From Carpediemonas membranifera BICM (taxonomy: Eukaryota; Protista; Fornicata): 64,000 bases of DNA. The DNA is taken from assembly GCA_019828565.1 (NCBI GenBank), contig JAHDYR010000069.1:502799-566798 (forward strand), written 5' to 3'. Below, one piece after another: positions 24,423 to 36,983 of the stretch; the first letter of the stretch is position 1; the number at the start of each line of letters is the position of its first letter. Position numbers and translations under genes: made by a program. A model generated the notes under the pieces. That model was not told the origin of the DNA and did no database searches. It saw nothing but the letters and a program-made list of their open reading frames with translations.

Positions 24423-27400
24423 TCAGGGGGATTTACCGGCGTGGCGTCCCTTCCTGAGCGATGGAAGCTTCAATCTCGGATGCTCATTAATGTATGCGTC
24501 CAGGGCAGCTAATCCATCGATTTCGCGGCTGTAATCGGTCCATGTGCCTTCGTCGTCATCGTAGCCCTCCCACAAGAGGGAGGAACTGAAGGTTGCCCGC
24601 TTGTCGGCGATGGTCAGCAACCTTCCTAACCACGTACTCTCCTTCGTTGCGGGCTGCCCAGTGTTTGAGCTCAGCGTCAGTGTAGCTGCCCTCGAACTGG
24701 TAAAGCTCAGAGGCATGTACTGTCAGGCGGTGGTCAGTGGTGAGGTCTTGAACGACGTAGGTGTTGGGGCGGTCGGGATTGGTGGAGATGACCCGGACCG
24801 GGCCCCGGGGTACGATGCCTATGGCAGTTTTGCGCTGGATCATGGCGGCGGATCCAAGGAGATGACTCGCTGGATGGCTCTGCGCTGGAGTTTGGCCACC
24901 GACAGCGCGTTGTCTGCTCTGTAAACAGCGTAGGGTGGTACGGAAGTGGTCGACGGTGAGGGAAGGTTGTCTAGTCGGTTCGTGGACGTCCCTGGCGTAT
25001 AGGACTTCGTACGGCGACAGGTTGGAGGCGGTTAGAGGTGCGTTGTTGATTATATTCGTGATTCGTGGTAAGGCGTCCTCCCAGTCGTCGTCATGTTCGA
25101 GAATCCAGGCGCGTAGGTGTCTCTTCACCTCTTTGTTCGCTCTTTCAACAGCACCCTGTCCCGCAGGATGATAAGGCGTACCGATCTCGTGTCTTATACC
25201 GTGGTCTTGGCAAAATTCTCTGATGGTTCTGTTATGGTACTGTGAGCCACCATCGGTAATCAAGCATGTCGGGGAGCCATAGTGTTTCATCCATGTCGAT
25301 AAAGCCGAACGTGCAGATACAGCGTCCGTGCTCTTCGTGGGGTAGGCTTGGGTGAGTCTAGTAAACGTGTCGATAATCACAACCGCGTAGCGGTGTTGCC
25401 CGGGCAGTGAGAGGGGACCAATGGTGTCGGCCTCCACTACTTCGAAGGGTCGGCTGCCGGTCATGGGATGGGTCGCTTGGGGAAACGGTGAAAGCTTGAG
25501 GCGTGTCAACTGGCAAACAGGGCACTGTCTTATCCAGGCAGTAACGTCCCGGCGCATGCCAGGCCAGCCCTTGTCGGCGGCTATGATGCGTTTGCAGGTG
25601 GCATCACGGCCAAGGTGACCAGCATCTCCGCCATGTGCTTCTTGGAAGGATTCCCGATGCGCCTCGGGTGGAGGGGAAGGTTCGACGGAGGTCTCGTCCA
25701 GGTGAACGAGGCGGGACAGGGTGTCCGCTACAGAGTTGTCGGAACCTGGAACGTGTACGATGTCGAATGAGTACTCAGACAGCGCGAGGCTCCACCTAAT
25801 CACCTTGGAATTCAAGGAACGGTCCATGTAGACCAAGTTACGGTGATCTAGATGAGCTGTGAAGTCTCGTCCAGCGAGATAGCGTCTGAACTTGGTAGTA
25901 CCGAAGTACAGAGCGTAGCACTCTTTCTCTATCGTAGACCAACGGCGCTGTTGGGGCGTGAGCGTCTTGGCGAAGAACGCGATGGGCTTAAACTCCGCGT
26001 TCATCAGCACGCCACCAATGCCGTAGTCTGATGCGTCCGTAAAAATGTGGAGATGTTCGTCGGGACAGGGGTGGACCAGCGTGCGCTGCAGTAGAAGCTC
26101 TCGCTTAATCTGCTCAAACGCGTCATGTTGTCGGTCGCCCCAAACGAACTTTTCGGCGGCTCGGGTGAGCTCGGTGATGGGTTCAGTCATATCGACGTAA
26201 CGCTCAATGAGTGCTCGAAAGTAGTTCGCGAACCCGAGCAAGGCTCGGGCGTCCGTCAGACTAGTCGGCTCCTTGAGATCATGGATGGCCTCCAGACGGT
26301 CGGGGGAGATCCGCTTACCGTCCTTGTCTACTCGCCAGCCCAAATAGTCGATGGAAGTCGCTCCAATGACCGTCTTGGAAGGATTAAGCTTCAGACCGGC
26401 CGCGTGGATGCGAGCTAACACGTCCTCCAGATTCTTCAGGAACTCGTCACGGTTCGCTCCAAAGACGACAATGTCATCTATGTAAGCGAGACACTGAGTA
26501 TAAAGGGATTGACCCAGAATGTGTTCCATGGCTTTCTGGCAGTGGATGGGAGCATTACGAAGCCCAAAGGGCATCCGCTTATACTGGTATTTCTTCCCAC
26601 CAGCCACAAAAGCGGTATACTTGCGCGAGTCCTGGTTGATTAGGATCTGGTGGAACGCTTTGGATAGGTCCAGCGTGGCGTAAAACTGTTGGCCTTGTAG
26701 GTGATCAATCAAGTCGTCGATGAGGGGTAGGGGATGCTCCTCGGCCTGGGTGATAAGGTTCAGCCGTCTAAAGTCGAGGCAGAGGCGAAGCTTGTTGCCT
26801 CTCTTCTTTGCCATGACGATGGGGTTATTGAAGGCTGAGTCCGAAGGCTCGATGACGTCCAGAGCAAGCAGCTCCTTAACCTGGCGATTAACCTCATCTT
26901 CCACCTGCTTGCCGTGACGATATGGGAAGCAGTTGATGACCTGGTCATCCTTGGTCTTCAGGGAGAATGCTGGGAGCTTGGACGGGCTGGAAATGTCCCC
27001 GAATAGGCCTGGGAACTTTTCAACAATCCTTTGGCTGGCTTCTGCAAACTGCACATATTCTGGGGCTGTTCTCTCGACCTCGTTTTCGAACATCTCGTCG
27101 TAGTCGTTCTGGTTTGACGGAGTCGGGTCAGGCGAGGGTATCTCGATCAGTCCCGCGCTGCGCAGGAGTGGGAACCCGATGATCGCATCGTAATGGTCGA
27201 GTGAGATGAGGATAAACTTTGTGCGTACAGAGAGGGGTCTACCTGTCACAGAAGGGTACAGGACAGTATCGTAGGCCACGTGGGAGGTGTTGATTAGTTG
27301 GCCTGACATGAGGCGAACCCTGTGGCACTCAGGAATGGGGGTGAGGCCCAGGGACTTCGCTTTCGCCTCATGGAGGAAGTTGGCGGTGGCACCTGTGTCG

Positions 27401-28279
27401 TAGAGGGCGCGCACGGAGGATCCGTGCAGTCTGACTTTGAAGACTGGGCGGTGTTCTGCTTGATCGTCTTCAGGCGTTTCGGCTGACATTGCGTCTAAGT
27501 ACTCTTCAACCGTAGCAGCGAGGAAATCGTGCGCGTAGGACCTATCATTTACGTCCTTCTTCCGCGACTTGTGGGATTCCTTCTCGGCTTGCTGCATCTT
27601 CTTGGCTTGGGAGAGAGCGGCGCGCATGGTGTTGGCGATGGAGGACTTATCCTCAAAGGTCTTACAGCGTTCACGTAAGCGATCATTGCGGATGCCCTTC
27701 AGGAATTTGGCTACGAGGCTCGACTGCTTCGGGGGGTACAGAGGCGCAGTTTTCGAGTGTCCGCTGGTAGATTAACGTGTAGTAGAGCATGGACTCATAA
27801 ACGTTCTTGCTGGCGGTGTCAAAGGTAATCGAGTCAAATCGGTCGAGCGCGTCCTGACGGTCGAGGGGTCCGAAGATGTCGTTCACCATTGAGATAAATC
27901 TTTTGTTGAAGTCGTTAGGGGTCTCGGGTGTGTGAACGGGTAGATGCTCGGACTCGTCGGAGACCGAACTATCAGTGTCAGACTCGGTGTCGTCATCAGT
28001 GTCAGACTCAGGGGGCGCGAGGAACAGAAGGGGGTCCCTAGGCGCAGCGCGGGGTTGCTGTGTGACCTCACGGGCACGAGTAATAAGGTCTTCGAGGTCC
28101 GGGCATTCGAGGAACATGATCTTCAAAACCGTCGCTGCGACGTAATCGAAGATCAGAGGCTTGGAAGCGGCGTTTCGTGCGTAATGGGCAATGAAGGCTT
28201 CCCGGAATGAATACCATGCCTTAGGCTTCGTACTAGTGAGATAGGGTGCCAGGAAAGTTGATAGTTGTTCTACGTTCAT
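24423..28279 (-). CDS. Gag-Pol of F (frameshifts near 27700 and 24570)
   Basis: YDTGA, LDLSKAFHQ, YIDD, TDAS, HHCC, YHPAGQGAVER, chromodomain (WEGYDD). Confidence 0.9.
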
Positions 28280-28285
28280 CTAGAT

Positions 28286-28297
28286 AGTAATATTACT
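28286..28297 (-). promoter_or_regulatory. Palindrome at the PBS position of F (AGTAATATTACT)
   Basis: Perfect 12-bp palindrome from the terminal A of the LTR. Confidence 0.8.
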
Positions 28298-28400
28298 GTG
28301 GTGGGCACAGAACAACAACAATCAATGCGAAGTGTTTAAATAGGGTCGAACCCTAGTGGTAAATATGGCCTAAATATATACGGGTCAGGTGACCACTACA
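28297..28400 (-). repeat. 5' LTR of F (104 bp)
   Basis: Identical to 23892-23995. Confidence 0.95.
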
Positions 28401-30992
28401 ACAAGTCTGGGTGAGCGATGAAGAGGTCATCGGTGAAGAGGGACTTAAGGGTGTTGAAAGCCTCAGTCTCGGCTGGGCCGAAGCTGAAGACGGCGTCCTT
28501 CTCTAGGAGAGCGGTAAGGGGCTTGAACAGCTCATGGCGTTTCTCTGAGATGAATGAGGCTAAGAACTGGAACTTGCCGAGCACGGTCCTGAGCCCGTGG
28601 ACATCAGTGGGGAGGGGAAGCTCTCGTAGGGCGCGGGTGCGCTCAGGGTCTACGTGAACTCCAGCCTTGTCGACAATGAAACCAACTATGGGGGCCTCGG
28701 AATAGCCTATTCGGCACTTCTTTGCGCCTAGGCGGACGTTGGCTTCTTCCAGGCGAGTGAGGGTGTCATCGAGAAGCTTGAGGAAAAGTTCCTCGGAGGA
28801 GTACATGAAGAGGTCATCGATGTACGGGTCAACCCCCTTATGGAGGATGGGCCCGAGGATAGTCTCGATACCTCGCTGGAAATGCGACGGGGCATTGGCA
28901 AGCCCAAAAGGCATCCTGGTGAACTGTTCATGCACGCCAGGGGCGATGAACGCGGTCTTCTCCTTGTCCTCGTCAGCCATAGGCACCTGCCAATAGCCTG
29001 AGGTCAGGTCCAGGGCGGCAAATCGGTCGCACCCACTTGCTCGGCGAAGGAACTCGCGCATGTTGGGGAGGGGGTGTCGATCACGGGTGATGTGGCTGTT
29101 GAGTAGGACATAGTCGATGCAAAGCCGCCAAGCGTCCCCCTTTCGCACGAGGACTACTGGACTGGCATATGGGCCGGTGTTGGCCTCGGTGATGCCCTTG
29201 TCGCGTAAGTCTGAGACATGATCGTGCAGCCACTCCGTCTTGGCTGGAGCCAGAGGGCGTGGCTTCATGTTGACAATGTAGCCGTCGGTCGGGATGGTCA
29301 TGGGGGGGAAGGCTGCCGGCTCTTCGGGGAGGTTTGGATCGAACACGGCGTCATGCTTGCGGAGGATCTCACGGATAGGGTCGTGTAGTTGATCAGGACA
29401 TACGTCCACTTCATCGCTGAAGAACTGTGGAGCAGCTGAGGCTTCAGCGACAGGGACTGGGTCTAGGTACTTGTGGGGAGGGAGCCCTTCGGTGGTCTGG
29501 GGGTCTTCGTTGCAGTCGACGCCTGTAGGGACGAAGAGGCCCTTGGCGCTGAGGAAGCCAAGAGCTCTGAGGATATCACAACCAACGAGTATGTGATCAT
29601 CGTCGCGTTCGATTACGTGGAAGGTGGCCTCGGTAGTGACCATGGCGTTGCCCGCAGATGGAAGGCTCAGACTCACCTTTGCTACGCCCTTCGTCATAAA
29701 AAGCTGCTTATTGACGTCCAACAGAGCAATTGAGACGGATGTGTCGATCGTGGCCTTGAGGCGCTCGGCCAACAACTGCGAAATACAGCTTGGGGCGGAA
29801 CCGGAATCAATCAGGATTGTCTGCGTCTCGCCGTTGACTTTCCCTTGGACGGTGAAGTAGGATGAGTCGGGCTGTGGTTCGTCGACAGACTGCACCGGCT
29901 GGGCATGGGCGGTCTCATGCACTGGTCTTCCCTTCTTGAGGGTGCTGCTGGGGCGGAGGTTCATCCTACCAGCGCGGCGGTCGGACTGCTGAGTGGGATC
30001 CGCATTTGGTTGAGGCACTGGCAGCTGGCGGTTGGCGTTGCCCGAAGTATGTCGGGCTTGGGTATGTGGCTGTTGCTTGTCATGCTGGCCGGTCGGTTGT
30101 GCCGGGTGCGGCGACTGGTTGGACTGCTGGGTGGAGCCTCGCTGGGCGGCGTCGGCCTTAGGGCACTGCCACCTCCAATGCCAACCACCACAGAATGGGC
30201 AGGGGGTCTTGGAGGGTGTGGCCGGGAGCCCATGTGTTCGGCCTATGGCGGGGCGGCCTTGGCGGCTCTGCCCGCCACCTTGGCGAGGGCGGTCAACGGA
30301 GGTCAACACGGCAGCTGACGTGGTGGACGGTGTCAAAGACGAGATGTCGAGGCCTGCCAGATCGCTTGCCAGCGCCTGGAGGCGCTCGACCTCGGTCTTC
30401 ACGATCTGAACGGTATCCTCGAACAGGCGAGCGCCTTGTAGCTCAACCGCGGTCTTGAGGCGAGCTTGAAGCTCACTTGGCCTGATGGCGGCGAGGAGTA
30501 CACGGGCGGCGACCTTGCTCAGGCCCCGATGAGCGGGGCTAGGCCCGGATGGCGAGGAGCCCAGTAGCTCAGCGAGAGCGTCTACGTCGGGGTCGTCATC
30601 ATCAGCTTCAGGCTTGGGCGGGTCGTGGTCGGGGATGAACGTTAGAGCGTGCTTGTAGAGCGCACGGAGCTCTCGGACGTACAAGAGGATCGAGTGAAGC
30701 TTGTTGTCGTGATTAGGCATCTGGAGGGCACGCATTGCTCGGAGGCATCCATTGAGTGTTGGAGGTAGGAGGTGCGTGAGGAGAGAAGCCTCGATATCTT
30801 CAATGGTTGCGGAAGAGAGATCAACTTCATATCGAAGCTCAAGGACATCAAGAATCTCTTCTGAAATACAGTCGGATGGCGAAAGAGTTGGAAATTGGGC
30901 TTTGAGGACTCGGAAGTGCCGAGTGAAGGTTCTGATCGTAACAGGATCTAGATCAGATAGGAACAGATGATTCTGCGTTACCATTTTCCAGG

Positions 30993-31002
30993 AGTGATCA
31001 CT
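30993..31002 (-). promoter_or_regulatory. Palindrome at the PBS position of E (AGTGATCACT)
   Basis: Perfect 10-bp palindrome from the terminal A of the LTR. Confidence 0.8.
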
Positions 31003-31077
31003 GTGCCGGATGGCAGCAGAAAACGGGGAAATCCATTTACCTTAAAGTGCACTGGGAGTGAGGGAGATGCTGTGACA
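31002..31077 (-). repeat. 5' LTR of E (76 bp)
   Basis: Identical to 17956-18031. Confidence 0.95.
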
Positions 31078-31716
31078 GACCCAACGACGGTCGAGGACCT
31101 AGGACTCAAAACGGTCCCCATGGATGTCGATCTAGACACCGCAGGAGGTCCCGCCCGATGCACTCGTGTCGCTCGCAACGTCACACTGACACTGTTCCTC
31201 GACAGCCCGCTGACGATTACAGCGGACTTCTTGGTGCACGCCACCGGCGAGGAAGCTATTTTGGGCGTGCAGACCCTTCATGAGACGGGCCTCATCAACA
31301 TGCTGGGCAACCTCAAGCCCGCCCCCGAGGAGGTGGGCGACAACGCGTCACCCCTCCATGACGACCCCGAGGATACGCCTCTGCTTCCTCGCGTCGTGGC
31401 CAATGTCGTCAACGCGTTCCCTGACCTCTTCAGGGACGACCTCCCCGGTGCCATCGACGTCGACGAATTCAAGATCGAGCTGATGGAGGGCCGAGATATC
31501 GCCCCTTTTCCGCCTCGCCGTCTCTCACCCGCCCTCGCAGAGGTAATCCAGCGTGAAGTCGAGAGCCTCCTCGACCAAGGCGTCATCCGACCTTCCTCAT
31601 CGCCTTACGCTAGCCCCGCCTTCACGGTACCCAAGAAGGGCGGCCAGAGACGTATGGTTATTGATTACCGCAGAATCAATGAGGCCACCATTCCACTGGC
31701 ATTCCCCCTCAGCAAC

Positions 31717-31801
31717 TGTAGACCTTCGGGTCGATTAGTTTTATCCAATTTTGTGTCCCGGGTCAAACCCTATAAATCCACTCTCTCCTCTCATCGCTAC
31801 A
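31717..31801 (+). repeat. 5' LTR of H (85 bp; no partner in window)
   Basis: TGTAG…CTACA terminal inverted repeat, TATAAA; starts where the RT of G breaks off. Confidence 0.85.
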
Positions 31802-31810
31802 GTAATTACT
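31801..31810 (+). promoter_or_regulatory. Palindrome at the PBS position of H (AGTAATTACT)
   Basis: Perfect 10 bp, extends to 12 bp (31800-31811). Confidence 0.8.
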
Positions 31811-32491
31811 GGTACCTAGTAAGATGAATCAGCTCCAGTCAATTGACCTGTTTATGGCCCCCTTCCTCACCAAGACTACTCAGAAAGAGTGGGAGGAATT
31901 CCGCGAGAACTATTACGCGTACCGTGCCAAAGGCGGTGCTATTCCTATTAAGCACTTGATTGGCCGTACGGTATGGCAAATCTTCGCTCTCCGTGACCCC
32001 GCTCTCAAAGAATCCCTTCCTGATCCCGCTCGCAACGCCCTTGTTGCTGAGGAGGACGATGAGAGCGACGAAGACTTCGAAGACGCCACGGATGATGACA
32101 CCGAGGACGAAGCACCTATTCCTGATCCTCTTCCCGTTTTCCCCGAGGACGCCGAATCCTCGCGCATCCTACGCCGCATCAACGTTCTCTTCCAGCCCAT
32201 CGACCGCAGAGAAGCCCTTGACCGCTTCGAGCGGATTACCTGCCACTCTCGTGGTCCCCTTCAGGACAACGTTCTCCGTTACGTCCATGCATATCAGACG
32301 CAGCTTGAGAACTGCGGCGATGTTCGCCCTTCAATCAAGCAACTCGTCCGCTGTTTCGTGCAGCACATCCAGCCGGAGCGCCTCCGCGATCGCGTCTTAA
32401 CCTACCAGGATCGCCGGGACTTAGACGCCACTTTCCGCGCCGCCATAGAGCAGGCTCGGCACGTGGAACAGGTCACCCGCGAGGGGGACCG

Positions 32492-32544
32492 TGTCCCAAT
32501 CAATTGATTAAACCTCTTTCGCTAGCTGTTCTATCCATACCACA
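32492..32544 (+). repeat. 5' LTR of I (53 bp)
   Basis: TGT…ACA; direct repeat of 36968-37020. Confidence 0.95.
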
Positions 32545-32553
32545 GTGATCACT
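32544..32553 (+). promoter_or_regulatory. Palindrome at the PBS position of I (AGTGATCACT)
   Basis: Perfect 10 bp, extends to 14 bp ACAGTGATCACTGT (32542-32555). Confidence 0.8.
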
Positions 32554-32556
32554 GTC

Positions 32557-35500
32557 ATGGTTTTAGTCAGCAACAGCCGTTTAGACGAGTATCGTCTTCA
32601 TGTTGCAAGCAAAAAGCAGCCGTCTAGCATCCTCTTTTTCCTCGGGAGCGAGAAACTAGCCGAAATCCGCGCGGCGTTCATCCCGACAACGAGATTCCCA
32701 ACATTCGAGGATTTCCAATGCTTCTTTGAGACAGAGATCCGTCCTCCCATTCATAAGCCTTCCGAGCAGAATGAACCCGAGAAGAACGACGACGACAAAT
32801 CGGCCGAGGAGCTCAGCGCTCTCCTGGCCAAGCTCAAGGATATAGACACCCAAGCGGCCTCGATCGCTTCAGACGAGCTGAAGCAGGCCTTCATCACCGC
32901 AGCCCTCAAGGCGGTCAGTCCGCCACCGACGGCCCCAGACACCTCGACCAACGCCTCAGAGCGCCTCTCGAGGGAGGAGCTCCGCGAGCGGGCGGACCTC
33001 TTGCTCACCTACACCGCGTACTTCGAGCTGACACCCGCCCAGCGGGCTAACCCAACCGCTCGCGCGGCGGCGATCCTGGAAAGGACCACGCTCACAGGTG
33101 GAGACATCACCTCTATGCAGAAGATGTTCCTAGCTTTCGGCAAGCACTGTCGCCAGCTGAACCCCAAGTTCCCGACAGAAGAAAACGGTTACACGCCCCT
33201 CACCGAGAAGAGGCTGATATCCACGCTTTTCCGCGTGCTGACCCGCGGTTTTGACGTCACCGAAGCCGCCCTCGCCTTCGAGGATTTCGCCGACGGCGCC
33301 ACCACCATCGATGACGTCCAGCACCGCATCCTGGCTTTGCCAACTAACTCCGATGGGACGATCGTCACGCCTTGGTCCTTCTGCCAGAGGACCTCCGGTC
33401 CCATGGCAGGCGCCAAGGTCCCCGCTACACCGGGCAACGGCCGCAAGACCTGCCGCGTCCACGGTCCCGGCGGCCACTCTACTGAAGAGTGCCGGCTGCT
33501 GAAGCGCCAGAGTCAGGCTAACAGAGCCACACCGGCGGGCCGCCAACCTCAAGATCCCCGCCAGGGCCAGGCCTCTCAACGCACACCACACCAAGCCTCA
33601 GCCGCCCAGCAGAACCAGTCACGCCAGCCGCAGGCAGTTGGTCCCCAACGACAGGCCGCTGGACAACCACAGCAGCCCCAGCAACCATCGAAGTCGAAGG
33701 GTCCTTGGCAGTTCAGGCAGAACCCCAAGCAGGCCACACCATTCACACCGACACCCCCCAACAAGCCCCAACAAGGCAGCGTTCAGAACGTAGAGCATGC
33801 CGAGCACGCTTACTCGCCGGGCCGGCTTCTCCGGATTCCAGTGACGATAGGTGACACGCTTATCTCAGCGACGGTCGACCCTGGCTCCGTAGTGTCCACC
33901 ATCTCGCTGGACCTCGCCAACGCACTCGCCCAGTTTGGCAGGGAGGGGCCCCGACATGGTCCAGCTGACGGGCCCTGACGACCAAGGTCTCCAGCAACAC
34001 GGCACCTTCGAGACAACGCTGGTCGCGGACCGCTTGGGCGACCGCCGAACGATCATCGATTGGCCCCTGCACGTCATCAGCGGCAGGGCCGATAAGGTCC
34101 TCATCGGCTCGGATATATTGTGGTTCTTAGGCCTCATGTCCGACGAGGGCATCATGCTTCGCCTCCGCCCGCAAAGTTCACGACGGCGAGGACGAAGGCC
34201 TCCCCGACGACCAGACCGATGACTTCCACGCAGTCAACAACATCGTCAGCGACGACACGGGCCCACTTGGCACACGCATCGCAAGCGACTTCCCGCTCAA
34301 AGCCGAGATGGCTGATGTCATCCGCCGGCACGCACCGGTATTCGGCGAGCTGCACCCTGACGGCGCCCAGATCGCCGCCGCAACGATTGACATCGTGCCA
34401 GGCGCACCCCTACCCAACCATGCCCCTCGACCGCTCACGGCATCCACCGCCGAAAGAGTGCACGAGATTATCGACGACATGGACAGACAGGGCATCGTAC
34501 GCGATTCCTACAGCCACGTGGCATCCGCAGCCGTCATCGTAGTGAAGAAGTCAAGCGAGTTACGACTTTGCGCCGACTACCGCGAGCTTAACTCGGTAAC
34601 TACACCAGACAGGTTCCCCCTCGCAGATATCCGCACCTTCACCAACGACTTCATCGGTGCCAAGTACTTCTTCGCTTGTATGACCTCCGGTCAGGTTTTC
34701 ATCAAATGCCAGTACGCGAAGACCACAAGTACCTCACCGCTATAACGCTGCCAGGCCGGTTCAAAGAGTACAACTTTGCACCCTTTGGTCTTCGTAACCT
34801 ACCGTCACAGTTCCAGCGGGCCATCCAGGCAATCCTTGCCCCTGTGCGCGCCGACGGTACGAAGAACTACATCGACGACATCTTTGGTCGAGCCAAGACA
34901 CCTCAGGAGCTTCTAGACCACGTCGACCGCCTACTCTGTATCGCAGAGGAACGCAACGTCCGCCTCCGCGGCGACAAGTGTGTCTTCGGGGCGACGTCTA
35001 TCGAGATCCTCGGCGATATCGTCGATGGCAAGGGCCGCCGCATGAGCCCTACTCGTGTCAGATCCATGCAGGACCTCGCCGCACCTCACTCGGTCAAGGA
35101 CCTACGCATGATCATCGGTATGTTCACATACCTCAGTGACTATATCCCCGACTGCCAGACACGCCTCAAGCCGCTCCAGGCCTTGGTCAGCAAGGTCCCA
35201 CCCTACACCTTCAACGACTGGGACGACACGCTTCAGGCTCTGTTTGATCTGCTCAAGCAGGCCGTGACAGACGAAGAGGTCCTCGCCCATCCGGACCAGA
35301 GCAGGCCCTGGCGCCTCGAGACCGACGCCTCTCTCGAAGGCATCGGCGGTGTCTTACTGCAGCTTGACTCGGACAACACATGGCGCGTCGTGTCATTCTT
35401 CTCAAAGGTCTTCAACGACACACAGTCGCGTTGGTGCACGTACGACCAGGAGCTGTTCGCGATCATCTACTGCCTCACTCGGCCTGACCTCTCGCCCATC

Positions 35501-36983
35501 TTTAGAGTCCACCAGGACCTGACGATCTGGACGGACCACCGCAACTTGGTCTACCTGCACTCCAAGGCTGGCCAGGAAAACCGTAAGCACCTCCGCTGGC
35601 TGCTTATGATCCAAGAGTTCGAGTTCGTCATCAGACACATCGCAGGCGCGCAGAACACACTGGCCGACGCACTCAGTCGATACAACCCGCAGGCCACAGT
35701 CACGCAGGTCAACAACGTCTCAGAGGCCGAGCTCGACGAAGACGCCAAGCGCAAGATCGTGCAAGAAGCTCACCGATACCACGAGGGCGAGCAGGCCACC
35801 ATCAGGAACGTCCGCCAGCTTGGGCACGATTGGCCAGGCCTCCACTCCGACGTGCACGCAGTCGTGTCAACCTGCGTGTACTGCGCTAAGGCACGCCTCT
35901 CCGCTTTCATTAAGACCACAACGCAGTCTTCTCTGCGCGACCGACCCTTCCAGACCATCGCTGTAGACACCATGGGTCCTTTCCCTGTCGACTCCGAGGG
36001 TTTCAGATACATCGTGGTGGCAACCGACATGTTTACCCGCTTCACGGAGCTCATCCCCACAGCTTCCAACAACGCGACGACGGTCGGGCTGGCACTTTGG
36101 TCCATCATCGGACGCTACGGTGTGCCTCGCGAGTTCCTTTTCGGACAACGGCCCCGAGTACCGCAATCGGATGATAGAAGCTTTCCTTGATCGCTTGCAG
36201 GTCACGTACCACCGGACAATCCCTTTCCACCCTCAGTCAAACGGCCTGGCCGAGAGACGCAACCAGGAAGTCAAGCGACACTTACGTGTGCTCTGTCTGA
36301 TGTTTGACCGTTACGACGCCTGGGCCTCCGTGGTCCCATACGTCCAGTACATCCTGAACACTACGGTCCACTCCGTCACCGGCGTCGAACCCATTGCTCT
36401 CTTGATGGGCAAGCATGCCTCCGCTCGCGACTTCACGATCGCACCCAAGGAGGAGGGTAGAGTTCATACTCCCCTGGACGACATAGCCTCCTACATCGAC
36501 GCGCTCACCGAGCACCTCCAGATCCTCGCCGACCAGGCCCTCAACCGCCAGCAGGCAATGACAAGGACCGCAGAGCCGACGCCCCCGATCGAGCCGGGCA
36601 CTCTGGTCCTTCGTAAGAACGAGAGCCCCACGAAGCTACACGGCCACCGCGGCCCATTCCGCATCACAGCCGCCGACGGTTACGCAGCGGAGATCACGCC
36701 GCTCACTGGCGGCAAGAGCCGCCGGGTCCACCTGAGCCAGTTAATCCGCATCTGCCAAGGCCCCCTCAGCGACGCCGAACTGTTGCGCATCGCGGCTACC
36801 GACGACGAGGAGTATTACGTCGAGAAAGTCCTAGAGGTCGACGACGAGACTGGCGACCTCCTCATTAAGTGGCTCGGCTTCCCTGAGGCTAAGGCCACGT
36901 GGGAGGGTCCCAACTCTGACGCCGCCCGCACGTCCGTCGTGCGCCGTCACCTCGAGGAGAGGGGTAGTGTCCCACTCAATTGA
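32557..36983 (+). pseudogene. Gag-Pol of I (several frameshifts)
   Basis: CRVHGPGGHSTEEC, VDPGS, YDLRSGFHQ, YIDD, TDAS, CVYC, FHPQSNGLAER, GPF, chromodomain; stop codon inside the 3' LTR. Confidence 0.9.

Larger units (their letters stand above)
23892..28400 (-). mobile_element. Gypsy element F, complete (4509 bp), nested in E
   Basis: Identical 104-bp LTRs 23892-23995 and 28297-28400, 5-bp TSD ACAAG, short PPT GGGGGCAG. Confidence 0.96.
17996..30984 (-). pseudogene. Gag-Pol of E in three pieces (28401-30984, 23413-23886, 17996-19383) that rejoin to one 1481-aa ORF
   Basis: Junctions HPDL|SLPWTLETDAS and GEDP|EISKLP stay in frame; IDSGS, YIDD, TDAS, HHCC, DDE core, GPY, chromodomain. Confidence 0.92.
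17956..31077 (-). mobile_element. Gypsy element E, complete (4579 bp after removing nested D and F)
   Basis: Identical 76-bp LTRs 17956-18031 and 31002-31077, TSD GACC, PPT AGGGGGGCAAGA. Confidence 0.95.
16891..31716 (+). mobile_element. Gypsy element G 5' portion, interrupted by E (in protease) and H (in RT)
   Basis: LTR 16891-16988, gag ATG 17007, CHGCGHEGHMRPNC, LDTGATHNFVD|PTTVED rejoins across E, RT start SPYASP…IDYRRIN at 31082-31716. Confidence 0.9.

Noticed and set aside
8600-32560. Canonical tRNA PBS or Tf1-type PBS complementary to the LTR
   Set aside because: No TGG after any 5' LTR, and by eye no complement of the motif within the LTRs. Internal tRNA-fragment priming cannot be excluded without the tRNA set.
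11097-36190. Programmed gag/pol frameshifting in A, F and I
   Set aside because: Shifts fall at inconsistent positions, while D, E, G and H read Gag into protease in one frame; decay or sequencing indels are more likely.
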